Positions 40,774-48,748 of a stretch of DNA of 64,000 nucleotides are shown in pieces. The stretch lies in the IMG/VR virus record IMGVR_UViG_3300042502_001136, positions 1 to 64,000 of that record; one strand, 5' to 3'. Within the stretch, counting starts at the first letter, position 1, and every line of letters begins with the position of its first letter. The notes below the pieces were generated by a model, which saw nothing but the letters and a program-made list of their open reading frames with translations, did not search any database and was not told the origin of the DNA. The translations under genes were made by a program, and so were the position numbers. Source of the stretch: a virus.

Positions 40774-40912
40774 CTTTATAATCTTTAATAGTTATTAATA
40801 TTAGTTCATAGTCAGTAGCAAATATACAAATACTTTTTTAATATACCTATTTTAAAGCGAAAATTCGTATAATATTTTTCATTCTTACAAAACCATCTTC
40901 TATTGGGGAAAA
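40475..40912. repeat. inverted pair of dispersed motif copies
   Basis: TTTTCCCCAATAGAAG at 40475-40490 and its exact reverse complement at 40897-40912. Confidence 0.75.
40819..40826 (-). promoter_or_regulatory. Bacteroidota-type -7 promoter element for the leftward block
   Basis: TATATTTG (TAnnTTTG) about 45 nt upstream of the ATG at 40773; no clear -33 TTTG. Confidence 0.45.
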
Positions 40913-41039
40913 GCCGGTACGAGTGTTAAAAATGTTAAATTATTAGTATATCAAATCCATATACAATATATTATATATATAGTAAATTATAATATATGTA
41001 TTTTTGATAGAGGTAATATAGGTGGAACTATTTAATACT

Positions 41040-41343
41040 TGTAAATGTGCAAGTATAGGGTTTCTTGTGGGTGGTTTTGACGAAAGTCTTGAGGGTAATC
41101 GATGTTGGTGTTAGGTAGAGGTGTAAGGATTTTGTAGGAAAAAGGTAGAGGGTAAGGTGTTTAAAGAGAGGGATTTAAATGAGGTTGTATAGGGATTGTA
41201 ATAAAAGGGGATTTTGTTGTAGGAGTTTATGGAGGGTAAGGGGATTTTGTTGATGGTGTTGGAAGGGTTGATGTGGGTGTAGGGATTAGAGGATTGGGGT
41301 GTAGAGGAATAGGTACTTATATATTAGACCCGTACACGTGTAC
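41040..41343 (+). other. G-rich non-coding tract ending at a 12-bp palindrome (origin/terminus candidate)
   Basis: nearly C-free plus strand; direct repeat AAGGGGATTTTGTTG at 41205 and 41238; GTACACGTGTAC at 41332-41343. Confidence 0.5.
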
Positions 41344-41555
41344 CCACCCTAGAAAGAACCCCTACCAAGTTTTGGCGATTTAACATAGCCCGTACTATTG
41401 GCTACAATCGTTAAACAACATAATGCTTAAATTAAAAATGAAACTATTGCCGAAATAAATGGTAATGGAGTTCGAGCTTCATTTAGGCATTAACCACGTT
41501 CTGTCATTGCTCGTTGCGATGAAAATATTATTTATTAATCATTAATTGTTTTACA

Positions 41556-42176
41556 ATGAAAAAGTCTTTATTAATTACAGGTGTTAGAGTAATACCTGCT
41601 AACGCAAAGGTTGCAAGACCTTTAGTAATCTTCAGTGTTCAAGGACACGATGATATTGTATTAGCACCAAACCAAGCTCTTATCGGTTTACAAAACAGTG
41701 GTAGAGCATTAGGTGTTACAGACGCTATGTCAGCAGACGCTCAACAAGCTTACCGAGAAACTATTGGTGCAATTGTTACTGCTGATATTTCTTACCATAA
41801 AGCAGGAGAATTCTATGTTATTGACGAGAATCATCCTGCTATTACAGGTAAAACTCCTCATGAACTTGCAGGACAAGTTAAAATTGGAGATAAAGTTGCT
41901 TATAAAGAAGACGGTATGCGTATTGAGGGATTTATTGATATTCCTTATACACAAGCTGAACTTATGCGACGTGATATCTCCAAAGAAGTTGCTAAAGGTT
42001 TTATGTCCATGTTTGGAGTACAATCTTTTGCTATTCCTTCTGCTACTTCTTCTGCTACTCCTGTTATAGAGGGTGCACAAGCAGAGCCACCTTTTGAGCC
42101 TATTTCTGAACCTGCTACTGAACCTGCTACTGCTGAATCAGAGGCTTTTGGTAAACCTGCTAGAAGAACCAAATAA
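41556..42176 (+). CDS. hypothetical early protein
   Basis: 206 aa; AT-rich leader; Pro/Ala/Glu-rich tail. Confidence 0.8.
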   Translation: MKKSLLITGVRVIPANAKVARPLVIFSVQGHDDIVLAPNQALIGLQNSGRALGVTDAMSADAQQAYRETIGAIVTADISYHKAGEFYVIDENHPAITGKTPHELAGQVKIGDKVAYKEDGMRIEGFIDIPYTQAELMRRDISKEVAKGFMSMFGVQSFAIPSATSSATPVIEGAQAEPPFEPISEPATEPATAESEAFGKPARRTK

Positions 42177-42222
42177 TCATTTCATGTAATTGTTTACGGG
42201 AATGATTACGTTGACAAAGATT

Positions 42223-42330
42223 ATGGTAACTACACGTGCTCGTGTTCGTGGTCACTTCGGTGCTACGACACGTGCTCGTGTTATGGTTACTATACTTGCT
42301 CAACATTGTGGTTACGACACGGAGCGTTAC
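42223..42330. repeat. degenerate tandem repeats (iteron-like)
   Basis: ACACGTGCTCGTGTT twice, plus TGGTTAC/TGGTAAC-led degenerate units. Confidence 0.55.
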
Positions 42331-42416
42331 GTTGACCTCTGTCTGTGCGAGTAATCGAAGAATTAATACAAATCAAATCAATACAAATAATCGAAGTAAA
42401 ATTAATAATCAAAACA

Positions 42417-42872
42417 ATGAAAAAAGTATTACCAATTACAATTACCATCTTCTTACTAATAGCATTAGTATTAATGATGATGCAAACAGTTACAGTATAT
42501 AAAGTAGAACCAGTATCACATGGTATAACTACAATGAAGTTTTATGCTAGTATATCTTTACTATTTATTAATGTTATAATAGTAGGAGGATTAATAGTTC
42601 ATACATTGTTCTTTTATAAAGTATATAAACTTAATAAAAAGAAAGCTAGAATGAAAGCTATGGTTGATGATGCTATTAAGACTATATTTAAAGATGATAA
42701 ATATTTTGAATCTAGTAGTATTAAGAAAGAAGATTTTGATAAGGCTATGAAAGAGGATATATTTGAACGTAAGGTAGATGATAGTATGAAGATGAAACAT
42801 GAAGATATATTTGGTAAACCTATTAGGAAGAGTAATAAGGTTAGAGTTGATGGGGATGGAGATAGTGATTAA
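42417..42872 (+). CDS. membrane protein
   Basis: ATG 42417; two TM helices; charged tail. Confidence 0.65.
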   Translation: MKKVLPITITIFLLIALVLMMMQTVTVYKVEPVSHGITTMKFYASISLLFINVIIVGGLIVHTLFFYKVYKLNKKKARMKAMVDDAIKTIFKDDKYFESSSIKKEDFDKAMKEDIFERKVDDSMKMKHEDIFGKPIRKSNKVRVDGDGDSD

Positions 42873-43232
42873 GGTGTTAAGGGTTTGGGGAGTGTTATAG
42901 CTGATTGGAATAATCGTGAGAGAGATGAACCATAGGCACAAGCACGTAGAGGCAGGAGAGGTAGTGATAGTTAATAGTATTGTTGGTTAATACTCAAATT
43001 ATACAAGTCATTTTACTCCTGCATTCTCCCCTAATCATAACCCTCATAATAAACACCATCAAAACCCTACACACACACACCCTAATAACCCTATTCCTAT
43101 TCCAATCCACACACAACAACCTCAACAACCTACTAAACCTTATACACCATTAACACCAATACACGACCATTACAATACAATTACAGTAACCAATGTGATT
43201 ATCAACAACTTACCTAATACTACAATATTACA

Positions 43233-43523
43233 ATGTATAGACCAAGAAAAATACAAGTTTGTAGCACTGCTACTGCACTTAAAGCATCTAATAGAAGATT
43301 TCTTATTATTAGAAAAGAAAAAGATGATAAAACTATTAATATGATTCATATTAAATCCTTAACAGCTGAAACAGGTGAAGAATTAGGAGCAGGTAGTCAT
43401 CTATCAATTAATAAAAAGGTAAAGTATTCATCAATAGGTTTAACTGATGATGCTGCTAAAGAACTTTATGTATGTTTACATCATTATTTAAAAAATAGTA
43501 TAAATATACCAAATACACAATAA
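43233..43523 (+). CDS. hypothetical protein
   Basis: 96 aa ORF. Confidence 0.7.
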   Translation: MYRPRKIQVCSTATALKASNRRFLIIRKEKDDKTINMIHIKSLTAETGEELGAGSHLSINKKVKYSSIGLTDDAAKELYVCLHHYLKNSINIPNTQ

Positions 43524-43525
43524 TC

Positions 43526-43657
43526 ATGATGAAACACATTATACTAAATGCAATAATAGTAATAATTATTATACTAATAGGTAATTTATATATTGGTTAT
43601 TATTTGAAGATTAAATCAATTAACAATCTTAAAAATAAAGGTCATGAATCAGTTTAA
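43526..43657 (+). CDS. small single-TM protein
   Basis: 43 aa read by hand (MMKHIILNAIIVIIIILIG...); fills the gap between neighbours. Confidence 0.45.
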   Translation: MMKHIILNAIIVIIIILIGNLYIGYYLKIKSINNLKNKGHESV

Positions 43658-44396
43658 AAGAGCACAAGTAATAATGTTACCTACAAAAGATAAAAATTCA
43701 GGTATTATTCTTAGTAATAAAAAACCTTATATATATAATAGAATAGGAAAAAATAATAATTTACTAGGTAATGATGATTCAGTATCTTTTCAACATTTAT
43801 CTATTATTTCAGATGATGAAATTAAAAAAAAGGATTGGTATATTAAAGCAGGTTGTGAATTACCTATTAAGGCAAGTTATAATATAGGTTTATGTAAAAA
43901 TCGTAAAAAAATTATAGCTACAATAGATACTTCATTAAAAATTACTAAATCTGTTACTCATTCAAGTCCTAATAATACAAATAGTATTAGAAAAGAATTA
44001 ATTGTAGAAACATTACCTCAACCATCACAACAATTTATTGAAAGATATATTGAATCTTATAATAAAGGTGAAGTTATTACTGATGTATTAGTTGAGTATG
44101 AAACTAAATGTATTGGTTGTGGTGCTTATGTTAATAAAGATATGAAATATTGTTCTTATCCTGTACCTGATGAACATAATAGATGTTTACATGATGTACT
44201 TAAAGTAAATTCTAAAGACAATACTATTACAATTAAAAAACTAAAAGATAGTTGGAGTAGAGAAGAGGTTATTGAATTTGCTTATAATTTATTAAAAGCT
44301 ACGGGTAAAGAAATTAAAGCAGAAATGGTAGAAATTAGAACAAATCCTCATATTGAATTTACAGGAGTAGATGAATGGATTGAAGAAAACTTATAA
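43644..44396 (+). CDS. hypothetical protein with Zn-ribbon-like segment
   Basis: 250 aa; CIGC...C...H..C. Confidence 0.75.
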   Translation: MNQFKRAQVIMLPTKDKNSGIILSNKKPYIYNRIGKNNNLLGNDDSVSFQHLSIISDDEIKKKDWYIKAGCELPIKASYNIGLCKNRKKIIATIDTSLKITKSVTHSSPNNTNSIRKELIVETLPQPSQQFIERYIESYNKGEVITDVLVEYETKCIGCGAYVNKDMKYCSYPVPDEHNRCLHDVLKVNSKDNTITIKKLKDSWSREEVIEFAYNLLKATGKEIKAEMVEIRTNPHIEFTGVDEWIEENL

Positions 44397-44425
44397 ACAA
44401 ACACAAATAAAACCAATACAAGATT

Positions 44426-44746
44426 ATGAACACAGAAAACATAGAAACAGTAAAAGCTCCTATTGATTTAACATCTAACTTAACCAATGAGAGTGTATTA
44501 ATACCTAGAAAAGTATTAGATGCTTTAATAGGTAATCTTATGATGGTTAACTTTGACTATTATAGAAAAAGTTTATCTAATAAAATATTAGATGCTAAAT
44601 CAATGAAAGATTTAAAAGATATAATATTCTTTGAAGCTGAATATTGGAATACTCTTGATAAGTATGAAACTATACTAAAAGAAGAGATTGAAATAGAAGT
44701 AACAGCTGATGAAGCTACTGAAAGTGTTGAATATAAAGCTCATTAA
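44426..44746 (+). CDS. hypothetical protein
   Basis: 106 aa ORF. Confidence 0.7.
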   Translation: MNTENIETVKAPIDLTSNLTNESVLIPRKVLDALIGNLMMVNFDYYRKSLSNKILDAKSMKDLKDIIFFEAEYWNTLDKYETILKEEIEIEVTADEATESVEYKAH

Positions 44747-44749
44747 GCT

Positions 44750-44980
44750 ATGTCAATACAAATAGCACGTTTATCAGCTGACATTGAAGTAGGAGGAACT
44801 ATTCATAAAATTAACTACGTTCAAACAAAATTGGACGTAGTTAAATTTGCAGGAGGTTCTGAAAGAGGAACATCATTACAACTATCATTTCTAAATGAAG
44901 ATAAAGAAAGACAACATATTCAATTAGATAATGATAATGTAAAAGAATTAATACAAGCATTAATAGAATATTTTAAATAA
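44750..44980 (+). CDS. hypothetical protein
   Basis: 76 aa; FAGGSERGTSLQLS. Confidence 0.7.
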   Translation: MSIQIARLSADIEVGGTIHKINYVQTKLDVVKFAGGSERGTSLQLSFLNEDKERQHIQLDNDNVKELIQALIEYFK

Positions 44981-44985
44981 TAATC

Positions 44986-45228
44986 ATGACAAAAGTAAAA
45001 GAAATAACAGTAGCTATTGCACAACATAGTTTCTTTATAATAGAAGAAAATAATAAAGTTAATAGAATTATTGATGGTAATGAAGGAGATAATACTGTAT
45101 TTAAAATAGTTAATTTATCGCCTTCAATAGCTTTAAAACTTACTGATTTTTTATTAGATGCTGTCGATAAAGATATTCTTGTAAAGTTATTTAATGATAC
45201 ACATTCATTAATTTTTAATCCAAAATAA
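44986..45228 (+). CDS. hypothetical protein
   Basis: 80 aa ORF. Confidence 0.65.
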   Translation: MTKVKEITVAIAQHSFFIIEENNKVNRIIDGNEGDNTVFKIVNLSPSIALKLTDFLLDAVDKDILVKLFNDTHSLIFNPK

Positions 45229-45232
45229 TAAT

Positions 45233-45634
45233 ATGTTTGACATGAATTATATAATACTAACTATAGCCATTATCGTTGTATTTGGACTAATAGTAACTTT
45301 ATTAGTTATGAAGATATCTTCTGCTACTATTAAAGAAAGACAACATGATGTTGCATTTAATTGTGATATATATACTCCTTTTAATGATAAAGAAGTGTAT
45401 GAAAGACAGTATAGTGTTACAATACACTATTTAGATAATCTTATCCAACTTTTAGAAAGTTCAGATTATGCTATTAAAGATGGAACAATTGCAAGATTTA
45501 AGGGAAATTATTATATTTATTGTACTACTAGTATACATAAAGATAAATGGATTCCTTGTAATGTTGTTCTTATTGCAGATAAAATTAAATTTATATCCAT
45601 AAAACAAGATGTACTACTTAAACAAAAACCTTAG
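45233..45634 (+). CDS. membrane-anchored hypothetical protein
   Basis: 133 aa; N-terminal TM helix. Confidence 0.65.
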   Translation: MFDMNYIILTIAIIVVFGLIVTLLVMKISSATIKERQHDVAFNCDIYTPFNDKEVYERQYSVTIHYLDNLIQLLESSDYAIKDGTIARFKGNYYIYCTTSIHKDKWIPCNVVLIADKIKFISIKQDVLLKQKP

Positions 45635-46019
45635 AATATCTACACCTGCTCTTATTACTTTACTTGAAGCTAATAATTTCAAGATTAATAAAGATGAAAC
45701 AAAAGTAATTATTGTAGATAAAATCAGACTTAGTGAAGCTTCTTGTACTTTAGAAGAAGCTCACACAGAATTAAAACGATTATCTCCTATTTATAATAAA
45801 TATGAAAAAGTACCTGAAAATCTACTTAAACTTAAAACAATAAATCATATGTTTATTGATATTGAGAAAGAATATAGAGAATTAAGAGAAAAACTTGTTT
45901 ATTATTATTGTATTCAAAATTGTGTTAAACGATTAGGAAGAGTTAATAAAATAATCGAAAAATCTATTACTACTCCTTTTGCTATTGATAGCCCTTGTGA
46001 TAGTAATACTCCGACATAA
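45609..46019 (+). CDS. hypothetical protein
   Basis: 136 aa ORF. Confidence 0.65.
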   Translation: MYYLNKNLRISTPALITLLEANNFKINKDETKVIIVDKIRLSEASCTLEEAHTELKRLSPIYNKYEKVPENLLKLKTINHMFIDIEKEYRELREKLVYYYCIQNCVKRLGRVNKIIEKSITTPFAIDSPCDSNTPT

Positions 46020-46039
46020 TATGTGCCGATATATTAGAG

Positions 46040-46192
46040 TCACTACCTGTAAAGGTGGCAGCATAGAAATATGCCTTACACATAGTAATATGTTATCAGT
46101 TAACCAATAACACTGATATTAATGTAAGTAGTTAATAAGAATCTTATTAACATTGTGCAAATAGACAACACTCCTGCTTGTGTTTCTATTAA
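46040..46192 (+). ncRNA. candidate structured RNA with three GNRA-capped hairpins
   Basis: CTACCT-GTAA-AGGTGG, GCATA-GAAA-TATGC and CATA-GTAA-TATG, plus further stems. Confidence 0.55.
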
Positions 46193-46217
46193 GTATTAAC
46201 AAAAAAACAACCAAATA

Positions 46218-46592
46218 ATGGAAGCATTTAAAGACTATTACAAATTTCCACTCAAACAAGAACCAGTATTAGAAGAAGTAGTATTAACTGCTGATGATAA
46301 TTTTGCTATTGAGTTTGTAGAAGAAGATGATAAAAAAGGATTATATCTTTCTGATGTAACTAAAAAAGAAATAATTCATGCTCTTAATAAAGGAAATAAA
46401 ATACAACAGTATTTTCCTAATCTTAATATTGAAGGAAGTTATATTAAATCAGGTAACAAAACTCTTATATCTATAAGAGGTTGGGGTAATCTTACTGGTA
46501 TTGGTGGACATAATTTAGATGTTGATAAAGCTAAATCTATTCAACATCAATTTGCTCTTTATATAGTTAATTGTTTGACTAAATCTTTATAG
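46218..46592 (+). CDS. hypothetical protein
   Basis: 124 aa; IRGWGNLTGIGGHNL motif. Confidence 0.75.
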   Translation: MEAFKDYYKFPLKQEPVLEEVVLTADDNFAIEFVEEDDKKGLYLSDVTKKEIIHALNKGNKIQQYFPNLNIEGSYIKSGNKTLISIRGWGNLTGIGGHNLDVDKAKSIQHQFALYIVNCLTKSL

Positions 46593-46594
46593 AT

Positions 46595-46771
46595 ATGAGC
46601 AAAGAAAAACGACCTAGAATAGCAATAGGACAATTAGTTCGTTCAACAAATGAAGTACAACAAAGTTGTATTAGACAATTATGCATTGCTCAATATTATA
46701 ATCCTAATAATTATACTCGTATTAAACGAAAAGTAATACAATCAGAAGATGAACAAGAAAAAACCAATTAA
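46595..46771 (+). CDS. small hypothetical protein
   Basis: 58 aa read by hand (MSKEKRPRIAIG...); below the track cutoff. Confidence 0.55.
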   Translation: MSKEKRPRIAIGQLVRSTNEVQQSCIRQLCIAQYYNPNNYTRIKRKVIQSEDEQEKTN

Positions 46772-46785
46772 ATAAATAACTAATA

Positions 46786-46989
46786 ATGAAGAAGAAGCCT
46801 AAGTATGTGGTAGTAGTACCTACACATAGAAGAACAGGTGCAACAGCTCCTGCAATTACAACATCAGTAACATATGTTAATATTGATGATTTAAATAATA
46901 ATGATCGAAAAAGAGCAATAGATGAAGCTGAACAAGCATCAAGACTAAGTGCTTCTGATGAATACGATTTTAGAATCAAAGAAAACTAA
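46786..46989 (+). CDS. hypothetical protein
   Basis: 67 aa ORF. Confidence 0.6.
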   Translation: MKKKPKYVVVVPTHRRTGATAPAITTSVTYVNIDDLNNNDRKRAIDEAEQASRLSASDEYDFRIKEN

Positions 46990-46994
46990 GATTG

Positions 46995-47365
46995 TAGAGG
47001 TTAAACATTGAAACCTTGTATCTAAATCACCTGATACAAAAGAAAGAGTATCGAAAATAGTAATATATAAGATGCTCCACACAACACTTGAAATGGTATT
47101 TGAGAGTGAACATAGGATATTAGTAGTATTTAGAGATACTTATAGTGATATATCTGTTGATATATCTGTTGATGTGTGATGGGTTACCAGCATGACCATT
47201 ATAAATAATAAAAGTATTAGATAACAAATCTAAAATTGGGATACTTAAAGTTTATGATGGTGCTAATGATTAAAAAGGAGAAATCCATAAAGATACTCAT
47301 TTTTGGTTGAGTTTTATTTGTTTGTTTGATGTACTACCCCGCTACACTTACATAGTGTAGCGGAA
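46995..47365 (+). ncRNA. candidate large structured intergenic RNA
   Basis: nested stems, including GAGTATC/GATACTC and ACCATTATAAA/TTTATGATGGT; ends with hairpin CCGCTACACT/AGTGTAGCGG. Confidence 0.4.
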
Positions 47366-47462
47366 TTACATTTTTACCCCTTTGTAGTACTATAATATTA
47401 CTTTAGATATAAAGTTCAATACAAGTGTTTAAAATAAGCCAAGAATTTTACTAATGATGATA

Positions 47463-47576
47463 TTTACCCCAATAGAAGATAGTGTTCGTTTGAGGTAATT
47501 GAAATATATCATTATATTAGTGATAATATTAATGCTCATATTACAGACAAAACAAACATTCCCTCTATTGGGAAAA
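47463..47576. repeat. inverted pair of dispersed motif copies (intergenic)
   Basis: TTTACCCCAATAGAAG at 47463 and CCTCTATTGGGAAAA at 47562. Confidence 0.7.
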
Positions 47577-47611
47577 ATATTAACTATAGAAACTTTAATA
47601 ATTATATATAT

Positions 47612-47944
47612 ATGGCGTTAGAACTAGAACAAATCAAATTGAAACATGGTCTTCTACTAATAGAAGAAGAAAAACCAATGGTAGCAACACACTCAGGTGG
47701 TGTAGCTAAAACACAAGACACTATTAATGCAGAAATTGCAAAAAAACAAATTTACATAGGTAAAGTTGTTAAAGTAATTAAATCATTAAAAGACGAAGAT
47801 GAAGATTGTATTGATTGCAAAGAAGGTGACATAGTATGTTATCAAAAACAAGCTTGTGACCCTTTTGATATTCCTATTAATGGATATAACAATCTTAAAA
47901 CAATAAGACCTGTTTATATCATTGCTATTATTACAAGTGAGTAA
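47612..47944 (+). CDS. groES: co-chaperonin GroES-like protein
   Basis: LLLIEEE...THSGG mobile loop, GKVVKV, KEGDIVCY, IIAII. Confidence 0.75.
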   Translation: MALELEQIKLKHGLLLIEEEKPMVATHSGGVAKTQDTINAEIAKKQIYIGKVVKVIKSLKDEDEDCIDCKEGDIVCYQKQACDPFDIPINGYNNLKTIRPVYIIAIITSE

Positions 47945-48269
47945 TGTAATCACAAAATATCTATTAGAACAAGGAGAACTTATTGCACAAACTACCAGCT
48001 ATGGTAGAGCAGAAAAATTCAATAAAACTCTTGAAGCTATAGAAAAAGAAAGACCTAATTGGGTAACTAGAATAGGTTATTTTAAAAAACTTATTGTTCC
48101 AAATAAAATAGAGTTTAATAATGTTAATAAAGAACCTTATCCTATAACTCTAAGCATACTTCCTACATTAGATGTTCCAAAAGAAAATATTAAATATGAA
48201 ATACTATTTACTATTGGAAGTGAAGATGATGGAAAATTATTAAGTTATATAGAAATAGAAGAACCTTAA
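47922..48269 (+). CDS. hypothetical protein
   Basis: ORF; start codon uncertain. Confidence 0.6.
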   Translation: MLLLQVSNVITKYLLEQGELIAQTTSYGRAEKFNKTLEAIEKERPNWVTRIGYFKKLIVPNKIEFNNVNKEPYPITLSILPTLDVPKENIKYEILFTIGSEDDGKLLSYIEIEEP

Positions 48270-48287
48270 CTATTTATACTCTCTCAT

Positions 48288-48560
48288 ATGGATAAAAATA
48301 CACCCAATTTAGAACATGATAAATATCCACAAGTATTTAATAGAGAATATCCTATTAAAGATATGTCTGTTGGATATTTAAAGACTCAAATTGAAAAGAT
48401 AGAAAGAACTGAAATTAATTCTGAATATCTTAAAGATTTGAAAGCTGAATATAAATTTAAAACAACTATTAGATTTGTATCTCTTACAACTAAAACTAAT
48501 TGTGATTTTACAATTAAATCAAAAATTACTATAACCCTTAATCCTAATAATCTAAAATAA
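48288..48560 (+). CDS. hypothetical protein
   Basis: 90 aa ORF. Confidence 0.65.
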   Translation: MDKNTPNLEHDKYPQVFNREYPIKDMSVGYLKTQIEKIERTEINSEYLKDLKAEYKFKTTIRFVSLTTKTNCDFTIKSKITITLNPNNLK

Positions 48561-48562
48561 AA

Positions 48563-48745
48563 ATGAACGATAGATTCAAAATCCTTAAAGGAACGCCACA
48601 AGATGTAGAAGAAGTATTAAATGAACTTGTAACAAAAGGACAATTTGTTAAAGTAATTAGTAGTTGTGCTATGGGCACAAAAGATATTGCTGTTACTTGT
48701 TTTGTTCGTCCTGATAAATTAACTGCCGGTAAAGGTACAAAGTAA
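48563..48745 (+). CDS. hypothetical protein
   Basis: 60 aa ORF. Confidence 0.65.
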   Translation: MNDRFKILKGTPQDVEEVLNELVTKGQFVKVISSCAMGTKDIAVTCFVRPDKLTAGKGTK

Positions 48746-48748
48746 GAA

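Noticed and set aside
42223-42335. Possible mini-CRISPR array
   Set aside because: Repeats are 15 nt or shorter and irregular, with no consistent spacers and no cas genes.
41713-42941. Overlapping ORFs at 41713, 41730, 41945, 42236 and 42591
   Set aside because: Alternative-frame or antisense readings; 42236 merely translates the repeat cluster.
46040-46192. Hammerhead ribozyme or tRNA
   Set aside because: CTGATAT does not match CUGANGA, and there is no cloverleaf or T-loop; kept as an unclassified RNA candidate.
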